64,000 bases of DNA from Blastocatellia bacterium (GTDB taxonomy: Bacteria; Acidobacteriota; Blastocatellia; RBC074): contig JAXLQP010000002.1 in the NCBI GenBank assembly GCA_046331565.1, forward strand, positions 648,107 through 712,106, given 5' to 3'. Shown here piece after piece: positions 47,263-57,274 of the stretch (its first letter is position 1; each line of letters begins with the position of its first letter). The translations under genes were made by a program, and so were the position numbers. A model generated the notes under the pieces. It was not told where the DNA came from and did not search any database. It saw nothing but the letters and a program-made list of their open reading frames with translations.

Positions 47263-47553
47263 CTGATGCAAGCGGGAGCCGGAAATTTTGAGAAAGTGTT
47301 TTATTCACGCGCGGGTTCTGCCGATATGATCAGCGGCAGTTCCGGGATGACAGGAGCATTGACATTGCCCCTGTCTCGTCAATAATCAGTCCCGCCATCA
47401 GCAGATCGCCGCCCCCTGGCCGACAGCCGCACGGCTGCGGCGCTTATCCGGCAGTAAAAGTCTGGCGCAGGAAGCAGTGATGGGTTCCTGCCGACAGCCC
47501 CGCAGGTCATCAAACTGGAGCGCGACCGGCTCACCCGGCGCGTTGAAGTCACG

Positions 47554-48972
47554 ATGCAGAAATACGATCTGATTGTTATCGGTTCCGGCCCGGCAGGTCA
47601 GCGCGCGGCCATTCAGGGAGCCAAGCTGGGCAAACGTGTCGCGCTCATTGAAAAGCGCGAAGTCGTTGGCGGAGCGTGCATCAATTCCGGCACTATTCCG
47701 AGCAAAACGATGCGCGAGGCCGTGCTGCATTTGTCGGGCTATCAGTATCAGAACATTTACGGGATGAATTACCGCGTGAAGGAGAGAATTTCAGTCGGTG
47801 ATTTATCCTTCCGCGTGCAGCACGTCATCAAGACTGAAACCGATGTTGTGCAGGCGCAACTGACGCGCAACGGCATTGATCTGGTTTTCGGCGCGGCCAC
47901 CTTTCTCGATCCGCATCACCTGCGCGTTGAAAACTCGCGTGGCGTTTCAGAGTACGAAGCCGAAGCCGTCATCATCGCGGTCGGCACCCGCCCGGCTGAA
48001 TCGCCCAAAGTTCCGATCAACAACCGCACAATCATCAACAGCGATCAGATTTTTTCGCTGCCCGATGTGCCACGGACGCTGATTGTCGTGGGCGGCGGCG
48101 TGATCGGCGTGGAATACGCTTCGATGTTTGCCGCGCTTGGCGTGCGGATTATTCTGATTGAAAAGCAGGCGCGGCTGCTCAGTTTTGCCGATGCCGAAAT
48201 GGTTGAGGCGCTGTCATATCATCTGCGCGACAACCGCGTGACGATGCGGCTGGGCGAAATGGTCGAAAGCGTCGAAGAGGCCCCGGACGGCACGGTGATC
48301 GCCAACCTGGAAAGCCGCAAAAAGATTTCCGGCGATGCGCTGCTTTATGCCGTCGGTCGCCAGGGCAACACCAACGGGCTGAACCTTGAAGCCGCCGGAC
48401 TTGAAGCCGACGAGCGCGGGCGCATCGCCGTTGACGGCGAATACCGGACACAACAGCCGCACATCTTTGCGGTCGGTGACGTGATCGGATTTCCGCAGCT
48501 TGCGTCGGTTTCGATGGAGCAGGGGCGCATCGCCGCTGGTCATGCGTTCGGCATTTCACTGCAAAGCGATCCGGCCAACTATCCTTACGGCATTTACACG
48601 ATTCCCGAAATTTCCTTCGTCGGCAAGACCGAAGAACAACTGACCGATGAGGATGTGCCTTACGAAGTCGGCGTGGCTTATTACCGCGAAATTGCGCGCG
48701 GAGCGATTCGCGGCGACACGACCGGCAGACTGAAGCTGATCTTTCACCGTGAAACCCGCGACCTGCTTGGCGTTCACATTATTGGCGAAGGCGCATCGGA
48801 ACTGCTGCACATCGGCCAGGCGGTGCTGACTCTCAAAGGGAAGATTGATTACTTCGTCAACACGGTTTTCAATTACCCGACGCTGGCTGAATGTTACAAA
48901 ACCGCTGCCTTCAACGGACTCAACAAACTGACCCGGCTGACCGGACGGCTCAACACGGCTGCTGTGGTCTGA
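47554..48972 (+). CDS. sthA: Soluble pyridine nucleotide transhydrogenase (SthA/UdhA), in the dihydrolipoamide dehydrogenase family.
   Basis: The FAD-binding site is DLIVIGSGPAGQ. GGACINSGTIPSK has T in place of the redox Cys pair second position, as in SthA. The NAD-binding site is VVGGGVIGVEYA. Confidence 0.7.
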   Translation: MQKYDLIVIGSGPAGQRAAIQGAKLGKRVALIEKREVVGGACINSGTIPSKTMREAVLHLSGYQYQNIYGMNYRVKERISVGDLSFRVQHVIKTETDVVQAQLTRNGIDLVFGAATFLDPHHLRVENSRGVSEYEAEAVIIAVGTRPAESPKVPINNRTIINSDQIFSLPDVPRTLIVVGGGVIGVEYASMFAALGVRIILIEKQARLLSFADAEMVEALSYHLRDNRVTMRLGEMVESVEEAPDGTVIANLESRKKISGDALLYAVGRQGNTNGLNLEAAGLEADERGRIAVDGEYRTQQPHIFAVGDVIGFPQLASVSMEQGRIAAGHAFGISLQSDPANYPYGIYTIPEISFVGKTEEQLTDEDVPYEVGVAYYREIARGAIRGDTTGRLKLIFHRETRDLLGVHIIGEGASELLHIGQAVLTLKGKIDYFVNTVFNYPTLAECYKTAAFNGLNKLTRLTGRLNTAAVV

Positions 48973-48991
48973 ACCAAAAGGACAACCCGCC

Positions 48992-49933
48992 ATGCGACCA
49001 TCAATCGGCGTTATGATGGCAGAACACATCGCCGTCGGGCTGGTCGAAAATCATCAACTGACCGGCCCCGTGCGCGTCTTTCCTGAAGCTGAAACCGGAC
49101 TGCTGATTGAACTGCCTGCCGATCAGATTACGCTGCGCCTGGTCGAGCAGATCGAAGCCGCGCGCGCAGGCCGCGAAATCAGTGCAGTTGGCGTTGGCGT
49201 GCCCGGCATCGTGCGCAGCGGCGTCATCGAAGACTCACCCAACCTGCCACAAACCAAAGGACACAATCTGGCGCGCACGCTCGGTGAAATGCTCAGTCAG
49301 CGCGGCCTCACGGTTCCGGTTCACATCTTCAACGATGCTGACGCGATGGCCGCCGGAATCGCGGCGACGCGCGGGCAGCTTGATCGCGTCGTGCGCGTCT
49401 GGTGGCTGGGTTACGGCATCGGGTTCGGACGCTATCCGCAGGGCGACGGCGTGTGGGAAGGCGGGCACATGGTGGTCACGCTCGACCCGAAGGAGCGGTT
49501 TTGCGCCTGCGGCGGCATCGGCCATCTGGAAGGCATCATGGGCCATCGCGCCATGCGGTTGCGCTTTCTCGATCTGGAACCTGAAGAAGTTTTTGAGCAG
49601 GCGCAGCGCGGCGACAAACGCTGCGCTGATTTCGTTGAGTTGTGGCATCGCGCCCTGGCCGCGGCGACAGCCAGCAGCATCCACCTGGACGGGCCGGGCA
49701 AATTTTACGTGTCAGGTCTGAATGCGCGTTTTGTGCAAACGGGCACGCTGGGTCATTACCTTTATCAGATGGTCAAGATGAGTCCGCTGCAGGGCAGCCA
49801 GGTCGAAGTCATTGCCACCAGCGACGAAACCGCCATCATCGGCGCAGCCGTCAACGCCGAACGCGCCATCAGCGAAGCCCCGCAGCCATCGGCCTTTCAG
49901 GTTCACGCTGATAATGCACTCCCTGGAAATTAA
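48992..49933 (+). CDS. ROK family protein (sugar kinase/regulator fold; probably a glucokinase-like kinase).
   Basis: The ROK zinc motif is CACGGIGHLE. The N-terminal ATPase fold is present (AVGVGVPG). Confidence 0.7.
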   Translation: MRPSIGVMMAEHIAVGLVENHQLTGPVRVFPEAETGLLIELPADQITLRLVEQIEAARAGREISAVGVGVPGIVRSGVIEDSPNLPQTKGHNLARTLGEMLSQRGLTVPVHIFNDADAMAAGIAATRGQLDRVVRVWWLGYGIGFGRYPQGDGVWEGGHMVVTLDPKERFCACGGIGHLEGIMGHRAMRLRFLDLEPEEVFEQAQRGDKRCADFVELWHRALAAATASSIHLDGPGKFYVSGLNARFVQTGTLGHYLYQMVKMSPLQGSQVEVIATSDETAIIGAAVNAERAISEAPQPSAFQVHADNALPGN

Positions 49934-49940
49934 GAGAAGA

Positions 49941-50042
49941 GAGAGAACGGAACAGACGGAAATAACGAAACACACGGAAAGTTTCCGACGCAGTTGAGTC
50001 CTGCTTTCCGTGTGTTTCGTTATTTCCGTCTGTTCCGTTCTC
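49941..50042. terminator. Perfect 39-bp-stem palindrome between the convergent ROK and GGDEF/EAL genes. It is probably a bidirectional terminator or REP-like element.
   Basis: gagaacggaacagacggaaataacgaaacacacggaaag pairs with ctttccgtgtgtttcgttatttccgtctgttccgttctc. Confidence 0.6.
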
Positions 50043-50117
50043 ACTTCCTGTCTGTCGGCTGGTCTGCAATGAAAGCACGCAACACTGATCCTGTACCGGC
50101 GCGTGTCTCAATCTTTT

Positions 50118-52607
50118 TCAGGTGCGGGCGGCGGTGCTGCTCATCGTGGCGGGTAGTTCCGGCGAGCCTTCCAGCACTCTGACCGGGATGCTGAGCGGCC
50201 ATTGTTTGCGATTTTTGAGCAGTTCGCCTGCGGCCTGAGCCGGAACGGGTCTGGAGAAGTAATAACCCTGACCATATTTCGCGTTCAGCCCCAGCAGTTG
50301 CAGCGCTTGGTCTTCAGTCTCCACGCCTTCGGCAATCACGTCCATCTTCAGTGTCTTCGCCAGCGTGACAATGGTGCGCACGATCTCCTTGTTCTCACTG
50401 TTCTGGTTCATGCGCATGACGAATGAACGATCAACCTTGAGCGTGCTGAGCGGAAAGCGGTGGAGGTAACTGAGCGATGAATAGCCGGTGCCGAAATCAT
50501 CAATGCTCAGATCAATGCCGAGCCTGCGAATGCGCTTGAGCATTTCGATGGCGACTTCGACATTGTCCATCACCACGCTTTCAGTAATTTCGAGTTTCAG
50601 GTAATGCGGATCAAGGCGCGTGTCGCGCAGCGTGCGTTCAATCTGTCCGATCAGGTCAGGATGCAGAAACTGTTTGCCCGACAGATTGACGCTCATCCTG
50701 AGCGGAAAGCTGGCCGGATACATATTGCGCCATTCGCGGGTCTGGCGGCAGGCTTCGCGCAGAACCTGGAAACCGATCTCCACGATCAGGCCCGTTTCTT
50801 CTGCCGCCGGAATAAAAACAGCGGGCGAGATCATGCCCTGTTCGGGATGCTGCCATCTGACCAGCGCCTCGAAGCCGGCCAGTTCTCCGGTTTCGAGCGT
50901 CACAATCGGCTGGTAATGCACGATGAACTCTTCGCGTTCGACGGCGCGGCGCAAATCGGTTTCCAGCTTCAGCAGGTCGCGCGTCTTTGCGTGCATCTCT
51001 TTCTCAAAAACTTCGTGCTGCGACGCGCCCCGCGCTTTGGCGCGGGACATGGCGGTTTCAGCATCGCGCAGCATGTCGTCGGGCTGCTGATAACCGAGCG
51101 CGCTGTGCGCAATGCCGATGCTGACGGTGGTAAAGATTTCCTGCCCGTTCAGCCTGAACGGCTGAGTCAGCACGCGGCGAATGCGTTCAGCCATTTCAGT
51201 CGCCTCGCTGATGTCGTGCGCGTTGTTGACGAGCAGCGCAAAAGTGCCGCCGCCGAGTCGCGCCACCTGCTCGCCGGGTTGCAGGCATTTTTCCAGGCGG
51301 CGCGCCAGGCCTGTCAGTAACTGATCGCCGATCTGATGACCCAGGCTTTCATTGATCAGCTTGAAGCGGTCAGGGTCGAGCATCAGCACGGCAAACGGGC
51401 TGATTTCATCCTGCCCGGCGCGTTCGATGGCCATTTTCAGATGCTGCACAAAGAGGGCGCGATTGGGCAGGCCCGTCAGCGTGTCGTGAAATGAATCGTG
51501 CAGCAGTTGCCCCTTGTCGCGCTGGTGTTCGGTCAGATCCTGAAGCTGTACGATCAGCCGCGCCGATTGCGGTTCGGCATCGCGCACCAGCGACACGCTC
51601 CAGTGCGCCCAGACCTGATAGCCAAGCTTGTGCACCAGCCGCTTTTTCATCTGCACCGCTGCCGTGCGGCCTTCAAAGAGCAGTTTCATCTGCTGCATCA
51701 CGGCGGGCAGGTCTTCCTGATGCGTGACGTTCTGAAAATTCAGCGCCAGCAGTTCCGGCGCCGAATAACCAAGCATCCGGCACAACGGCTGATTGACCTG
51801 TAACCAGCGGCCTTTCAGATCAACGAGCGCCATGCCGGTAACGGCATGCTCAAAGACGCTGCGAAATCGCGCCGTGCTGCGCTGCAATTCAGTCGCCTGC
51901 CGCTGCGCGGTCTGCAGGTGAGGACGATAAACCAGGTAATTGACCAGCAGCGCCGGAAAAATAAAGACCGCTGCCGCAAAACCGAACTCCGCCACCAGCC
52001 ACGCCACCACCGCCGCCGTCATCGCGCCGGAACAGTTGAAGGCCAGCGCGCGCAATCCGCTTTCGGCTGTGGCCCGCCAGTCTGCTTTTCCGGCCCTGAG
52101 TGCAACCGCAGCCAGCATCAGCAGCGAATTGATCAATGCCTGAAAGAACGCCAGCAGCACGAGCGCCAGCGCGTAAAGAAACCAGGTCTCTTTCTGCTGC
52201 GACAGCAGGCGCAGATCGCCGCACCACAGATTCGCCAGCGCCGTCGCAGCATAAAACGAGACACAGATGATGGCGACATTCACGGCCAGCGCCAGGCGTC
52301 GTTTCGCCTGCCGGTAATGTTCACTGGTCGCAGCGATGGCGGCCACTAGCGGCGCGGCGCTCGCTCCGCATAACATCAGCGTCAGAAAAACGAAGGCTTC
52401 TGAAAACGAGACTTCCCGGCCCCGGCCTGAAAATCTGACTGAAGCCAGCCAGCCGCCTGCCGCTGCCATCACCGCCAGCGCCAGCCAGCGCCAGTCAAAC
52501 GATTCGCGCATCAGCCCGGCACAGGCCAGCACGATCACACCTGCGCCGCCGCTCACCAGCAGCCAGGTGTAAAGTCGCAGACAGGTTTCACTAATATTTC
52601 TGTTCAT
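50118..52607 (-). CDS. Membrane sensor protein with PAS, GGDEF (degenerate) and EAL domains.
   Basis: There are N-terminal multi-TM helices and a PAS region. The GGDEF position reads RLGGGTF. The EAL domain has EALVRW and later catalytic motifs (DDFGTGYSSL). Confidence 0.8.
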   Translation of the reverse strand: MNRNISETCLRLYTWLLVSGGAGVIVLACAGLMRESFDWRWLALAVMAAAGGWLASVRFSGRGREVSFSEAFVFLTLMLCGASAAPLVAAIAATSEHYRQAKRRLALAVNVAIICVSFYAATALANLWCGDLRLLSQQKETWFLYALALVLLAFFQALINSLLMLAAVALRAGKADWRATAESGLRALAFNCSGAMTAAVVAWLVAEFGFAAAVFIFPALLVNYLVYRPHLQTAQRQATELQRSTARFRSVFEHAVTGMALVDLKGRWLQVNQPLCRMLGYSAPELLALNFQNVTHQEDLPAVMQQMKLLFEGRTAAVQMKKRLVHKLGYQVWAHWSVSLVRDAEPQSARLIVQLQDLTEHQRDKGQLLHDSFHDTLTGLPNRALFVQHLKMAIERAGQDEISPFAVLMLDPDRFKLINESLGHQIGDQLLTGLARRLEKCLQPGEQVARLGGGTFALLVNNAHDISEATEMAERIRRVLTQPFRLNGQEIFTTVSIGIAHSALGYQQPDDMLRDAETAMSRAKARGASQHEVFEKEMHAKTRDLLKLETDLRRAVEREEFIVHYQPIVTLETGELAGFEALVRWQHPEQGMISPAVFIPAAEETGLIVEIGFQVLREACRQTREWRNMYPASFPLRMSVNLSGKQFLHPDLIGQIERTLRDTRLDPHYLKLEITESVVMDNVEVAIEMLKRIRRLGIDLSIDDFGTGYSSLSYLHRFPLSTLKVDRSFVMRMNQNSENKEIVRTIVTLAKTLKMDVIAEGVETEDQALQLLGLNAKYGQGYYFSRPVPAQAAGELLKNRKQWPLSIPVRVLEGSPELPATMSSTAART

Positions 52608-52778
52608 AGCGTCAGCCGCACGACTCCGGCCATTTACGCAGCCGGAGTTTCGGTCAGCCTGAAGGCTAAGGGCTGTTTATTACGAAAGCGTGATTGACCT
52701 GTGACAATCCTGAGGAGGTCTGGAATGGCGGGAAACCTGGTTATTTTCAATGCCTCATGGTCATCAGGTTTTTCGGTG

Positions 52779-55448
52779 TCAGCGTCCTGAGCGCCAGCCC
52801 CTCCTGTTGCGGCCTGATGCGCGCCGACCAGCCGGACGCGGCGCTTCCCTGCGGCGGTCAGCCATCGTTCGCCCTGGCCATCGCCAGTGTGTCGGGAACT
52901 GTGGCCGCAGATCAAAATTAAGGAACACCACCTGAACGGGCGCTGTTGCCGCAGCGGTTGAGACAGTCGTGACTTCAGGCGGCAATTCAGGCAGCGGCAC
53001 CGCACTCTCATCCGGCAGCGTTTGATCGGCACACAGCAGGCTGACTTCTTCAGTGACCGGAAAGATGAACTCTTCTTCAACTGCTGTCACAGCTTCATCA
53101 AAACTCTCACAGCGCGGGGATTCAAGCTGTTCAGCCGCTGCAACCGGCTCCGGTTCAAAATCGGGCAGGGCCGCTGTCTGCGCTTCCGGCAGGTCAGATG
53201 ACGGAACTGCCTGCAACTCGCTCTGAGTGGCGTGATCTTCGGTTATCTCATGGTCATTCAGAATTGAAGTTTGACAAGCTGGCAGCTTGTCGCCGGTTTC
53301 ATCAATCGTATCTTCACAGCCTGACGACAGGCTGCCAGCTTGTCGAACATCGGTCGGCATCAGATTTGAATTATGGCCGGGCGCTTCAGATTCAGCCGTG
53401 ACCTCCGGGCAACTGACTTCGGCTGGCGTTTCTTCAGCGATCTGATGAACTGCGGCTGCGGGTTCTTCAACTACCGGTTCTGACGGCTGACTCATTTCCT
53501 GTTGCAGCATCAGCACTGCCGCCTGAGCGAGCGGCGCAATGGGCAGTGATTCAGAACTGACTGCGCGATCTTCCGGCGCTTCTTCGCGGGGCAGCGTCAG
53601 GACAGCAGATTCCATCAGCGAATTGTAGCGATTGTAGGTCGGGAAATAAGCCACCGGCATTTCGCCGACTTCGTGCGGCAGCGGAATGAGCGCCTTGTCA
53701 GGTGAGGCAGCGCTGATCGCAGGCGCAGTTACAGCCATCGTTTCGGGTTCATCAAGCAGCATCACCAGGCTGCTCGGAAAATCTCCGGCTGGTATTTCAG
53801 ACAGCTCTTCAGTGACAGGCGCGGGCGGTTCCGGCGAAGTCAGGTCTTCGATCTGACAGCCGAGTTCGCGCAACTGCTGACGCGGCCACTCAGCGTGCGG
53901 TTCCAGTCCGACCATTTCACGCAGCGACTGAATGGCCAGATCCATCCGTGAATGGTGACGGGCTGCCACGGCCAGCAGGCGCAGCGTTTCATTCAGGCGC
54001 GGCGTGTTGCCGCTGTGACGATAAATTGCCGCGAGCCGTTCGAGCGCGCCGGGATGGTGCTGATGGCGAGCCAGAATCTGGTGCAGCACCGGCACGGCAC
54101 GGCCTTCTTCATTGCGCTGGCTGAGAATTTCGCTGACGTAATCAAGCGCCCGCAGCGTCAGTTCCGCGTCGCCGCCCTGGGCCAGGACAACGGCCAGGTG
54201 CAGCAGTTCCTGGTACCGCACCGCATCAAGCGTGACAGCGCGCCCGACGGCCTGCAAAGCCGCCTCGTAATCCTGCGCCTCACAGTAAATGCGACCGAGC
54301 AGGCTCAGCAGTTCCGCATCGTCAGGCAGCATCTGCAACAGGTGCCTGATCAGTTTCAGCGCCGACTGCGCTTCGTTGCGATGCAGGTAAATATTGACGG
54401 CGGCAATCGTGGCCGGGCGGCTTTCAGGTTTGATGCGCAGGGCCTTCAGATAATTTTGCAGAGCCTCTTCATATTTGCCCTGCCGCTCCAGTTCACCGGC
54501 GGCAGTAAAGAATGTGGCATAGGCGCGGCCACAGGCTGACACCAGCTCGACCTGATGCTGCAAATACTCAGACACCGGCTCATCAGTGCCCGAAATGGCC
54601 TGCCGCGCAATTTCAAGATCGTGCCCGACCTGATGCACCCGCGCCAGCAGATTCAGCACCGCCGGATCATCGGGACTCGTTCTGAGCATGTGCCGCAACA
54701 GCGTTTCAGCCGGTCTGGTTTCAGCGCGGCGCAGGTAAATATTGATGGCCGCCGTGAGGGCGCGGCGATCATCGGGTTTTGCCTTGAGCGCCTGCAACCA
54801 GGTTTTGAGCGCCTCCTCGTGCTTCAACTGATCCTGAAACTGCTCGGCAGCGGCGACGAACAATTCACCGGCCCGGTCATATTTTTCAACGCGCAGATAA
54901 GCTTCTGCGACTCTGACCTGTAGCGCGGTATTGGACGCATCGGTTTTGATCAGGTTCTCATAAAAGCTGAATGCTTCATCGCGGCGGCCCTGGCGCAACA
55001 ACTGATCGGCGACCACAAGGTACTGCTGCTGCGCTTCGACGTGCAGATTCTGGCGGGAATAGAGCGTGGCCAGCTTGATGCCGACATCAGTGTTGTCGGG
55101 CGAGAGCTTGATGGCCTTGCGCAGCATGGCAATTGCCCGCGGCATCGCCTCCTGTTTGATGTACTTCTCAGCAATCCGCACAAAAACGGAAACGGCCTCT
55201 GCCGTATTGCCGGCTCTGGCGCACAGATCACCGAATACATTCATCGTGGCGACATCCTGCGGATCATTCCGCAGAATTTCGCGGTACTCTTCAATGGCCG
55301 CCTTGTGCCGCCCCTGCTGAACAAGCTTTGAGGCAGTCTGGAGGGCTTTGGTTTTATTAAATGACATGGACTCTGTTTTAACTGACAGGGCGTAAATCTC
55401 ATCCTCCGGTGAATAAATGACCCACGCTGACCGGATCTGATCTCCCAT
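52779..55448 (-). CDS. Large TPR-repeat protein with an acidic, low-complexity C-terminal half.
   Basis: There are multiple TPR units in the N-terminal about 450 aa. The C-terminal region is rich in E/P/A/T. My own reading of the first few codons does not match the track N-terminus (see noticed_but_rejected). Confidence 0.65.
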   Translation of the reverse strand: MGDQIRSAWVIYSPEDEIYALSVKTESMSFNKTKALQTASKLVQQGRHKAAIEEYREILRNDPQDVATMNVFGDLCARAGNTAEAVSVFVRIAEKYIKQEAMPRAIAMLRKAIKLSPDNTDVGIKLATLYSRQNLHVEAQQQYLVVADQLLRQGRRDEAFSFYENLIKTDASNTALQVRVAEAYLRVEKYDRAGELFVAAAEQFQDQLKHEEALKTWLQALKAKPDDRRALTAAINIYLRRAETRPAETLLRHMLRTSPDDPAVLNLLARVHQVGHDLEIARQAISGTDEPVSEYLQHQVELVSACGRAYATFFTAAGELERQGKYEEALQNYLKALRIKPESRPATIAAVNIYLHRNEAQSALKLIRHLLQMLPDDAELLSLLGRIYCEAQDYEAALQAVGRAVTLDAVRYQELLHLAVVLAQGGDAELTLRALDYVSEILSQRNEEGRAVPVLHQILARHQHHPGALERLAAIYRHSGNTPRLNETLRLLAVAARHHSRMDLAIQSLREMVGLEPHAEWPRQQLRELGCQIEDLTSPEPPAPVTEELSEIPAGDFPSSLVMLLDEPETMAVTAPAISAASPDKALIPLPHEVGEMPVAYFPTYNRYNSLMESAVLTLPREEAPEDRAVSSESLPIAPLAQAAVLMLQQEMSQPSEPVVEEPAAAVHQIAEETPAEVSCPEVTAESEAPGHNSNLMPTDVRQAGSLSSGCEDTIDETGDKLPACQTSILNDHEITEDHATQSELQAVPSSDLPEAQTAALPDFEPEPVAAAEQLESPRCESFDEAVTAVEEEFIFPVTEEVSLLCADQTLPDESAVPLPELPPEVTTVSTAAATAPVQVVFLNFDLRPQFPTHWRWPGRTMADRRREAPRPAGRRASGRNRRGWRSGR

Positions 55449-55750
55449 TCACATGCTTCAGAATATTTCTCACATTCCAGTGATAATTTTCTGACACTAT
55501 GACAAAGCTTCGATGCTGAACATTAATCCGCCTGTTCCGGCCTGGGGCGGCTGACGCGGTCACGCCTTCAAACGGCTGAGCCGGGAATGATTGAAGGTGT
55601 TGCGGAGGAATCTGAATGGAAGACTTGCAACCTCTGTGCGCAGGGCAGGCGGGGATGAATCAGAAGCAGGAATGATTCAGGCGGCGAAGTGCGCTGCCAG
55701 TCAGAAAGCGCGGCTCGCCGCCTGTTGTTTTTGTCAATACATCATCCGGC

Positions 55751-55981
55751 TTACGCGGCTGGTTTCGGAGCGGTCAGGTCAAACGCCACGACCTGCGACT
55801 GAAAGCTGCAAACCTTGTGCGAACCATCGCAGAAAGGTTTGTTGCTGCTCGCTCCGCACCGGCACAGAAAGATGGCTTTTTTGTCACCGAGTTCGTATTT
55901 CCCTCCGGCCCCGTCATAAAGTTCGATTTCACCTTCGACCCTGATCGAGCCATTGTTGTTGATGATGATTTTGGCAGGCAT
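55751..55981 (-). CDS. CDGSH iron-sulfur domain protein.
   Basis: CRCGASSNKPFCDGSH is the CDGSH [2Fe-2S] motif. Confidence 0.8.
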   Translation of the reverse strand: MPAKIIINNNGSIRVEGEIELYDGAGGKYELGDKKAIFLCRCGASSNKPFCDGSHKVCSFQSQVVAFDLTAPKPAA

Positions 55982-56076
55982 TGATCTCTCCTTGTCATGT
56001 TGATGTTTTTAATTGTGATGATGTGCGACAGATCATAAGTTGACTGTCTGATTCTCTCAAGTCAGCCGCCGCTTTC

Positions 56077-57201
56077 TCAGTCAGGCAGCGCGGCCATCAT
56101 CTGATCAACCTCTGCGCGGGTGTTGTAAAAATGCGGCGAAATGCGCAACCGGCCCAGGCGCGGCGTCGTGATGATGCGCCGTTCGTTGAGCCGCTCATAA
56201 AGTTGTTCGGCGGTGTAATGATCGTGCCGACAGCAGACGATGGCTGACGCTTCACCCGGACGGCGCGAACTGATGACGCGATAACCGCGCGCCGAAAGCT
56301 GCTCGCATAAATAATCGGTCAGTTCGAGCAGGTAATTTTCAATCTGTTCCGGCCCGATTTTCAGCATCAGTTCAATCGCCGCACCGAGGCCGAAAACTCC
56401 GGCGCTGTTGAGCGAGCCTGGTTCGTAACGCTTGCCGCTTTCGGCAAAGCCCTGCTCCAGGTTGCCGTGATCGTTCGGATCCTTCACCGACAGCCAGCCC
56501 GCCAGCGTCGGCCTGATGCGCGGCCTCGCGCGTTCGGAAACATAGAACAGCGCGACTCCGTCAGGGCCGAGCAGAAATTTGTGCGCGTCTGCCGACAGCG
56601 CATCAATGCAGTCGCGCTCGACATCCAGCCGCAGCGCGCCAAGCCCCTGAATCGCATCCACCACAAACAGCACATCGCGCTCGCGGCAGTATCGCCCGAT
56701 GGTTGCCAGGTCGTTGCGAAAGCCGCTTGCAAATTCGACAAAGCTCAGCGCCACGACCCGCGTGCGGTCATCAATCAGGCCGAGAATTTCTTCAGTTTCA
56801 AGCCGCCCGTCGCGTTCCTGCGCCCGCCGCAATTCAACGCCGTATTCGCGGCGGATGCGCAGCCAGGGATGCACATTGGCCGGAAACTCACAGTCGGCGC
56901 TGACAATGTTATCGCCCGCCTGCCAGTCAAGGCCGTTGGCGACGAGCGACAGCCCGGTTGAAGTGTTCGCGGCAAAGGCGATTTCACGCGACTTTGCATT
57001 GATCAGTTGCGCGCACAGTTCGCGCACGCGCCGGACTTTCGCGCCCCATTCGTGCCAGTCCACCAGCGCCTGCTCGCGCAGACTGCGCAGGTGCTGCTCC
57101 ATCGCGTCATAAACCGGCACCGGCAGCGGCGCAACGGCGGCGTGATTGAAGTAAATGTAATTGTTCGTGATGGGAAAGAGACTGCGGATTTCTGCGTTCA
57201 T
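56077..57201 (-). CDS. Aminotransferase class V-fold PLP-dependent enzyme (cysteine desulfurase / isopenicillin-N-epimerase-like).
   Basis: It has the class V aminotransferase fold. There is a PLP-lysine region SADAHKFLLGPDG. Confidence 0.75.
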   Translation of the reverse strand: MNAEIRSLFPITNNYIYFNHAAVAPLPVPVYDAMEQHLRSLREQALVDWHEWGAKVRRVRELCAQLINAKSREIAFAANTSTGLSLVANGLDWQAGDNIVSADCEFPANVHPWLRIRREYGVELRRAQERDGRLETEEILGLIDDRTRVVALSFVEFASGFRNDLATIGRYCRERDVLFVVDAIQGLGALRLDVERDCIDALSADAHKFLLGPDGVALFYVSERARPRIRPTLAGWLSVKDPNDHGNLEQGFAESGKRYEPGSLNSAGVFGLGAAIELMLKIGPEQIENYLLELTDYLCEQLSARGYRVISSRRPGEASAIVCCRHDHYTAEQLYERLNERRIITTPRLGRLRISPHFYNTRAEVDQMMAALPD

Positions 57202-57274
57202 AATCAGTTCTGGAATGATGAATTGTCAGCCGAATGAGCATTGATGATAAGCGTCGCTGCGCCTGGTCACAACA

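Noticed and set aside
55430-55455. My manual reading of the first codons of ORF 52779..55448 gives ...NGRDQIRSAW, not the track's MGDQIRSAW. That implies a 2-nt difference near 55440.
   Set aside because: Either I mis-transcribed the line break or the start call is off. The stop end of this ORF checks out, and so do the neighbouring ORF starts at 52607 and 57201. I treat this as a start-codon uncertainty, not a biological signal.
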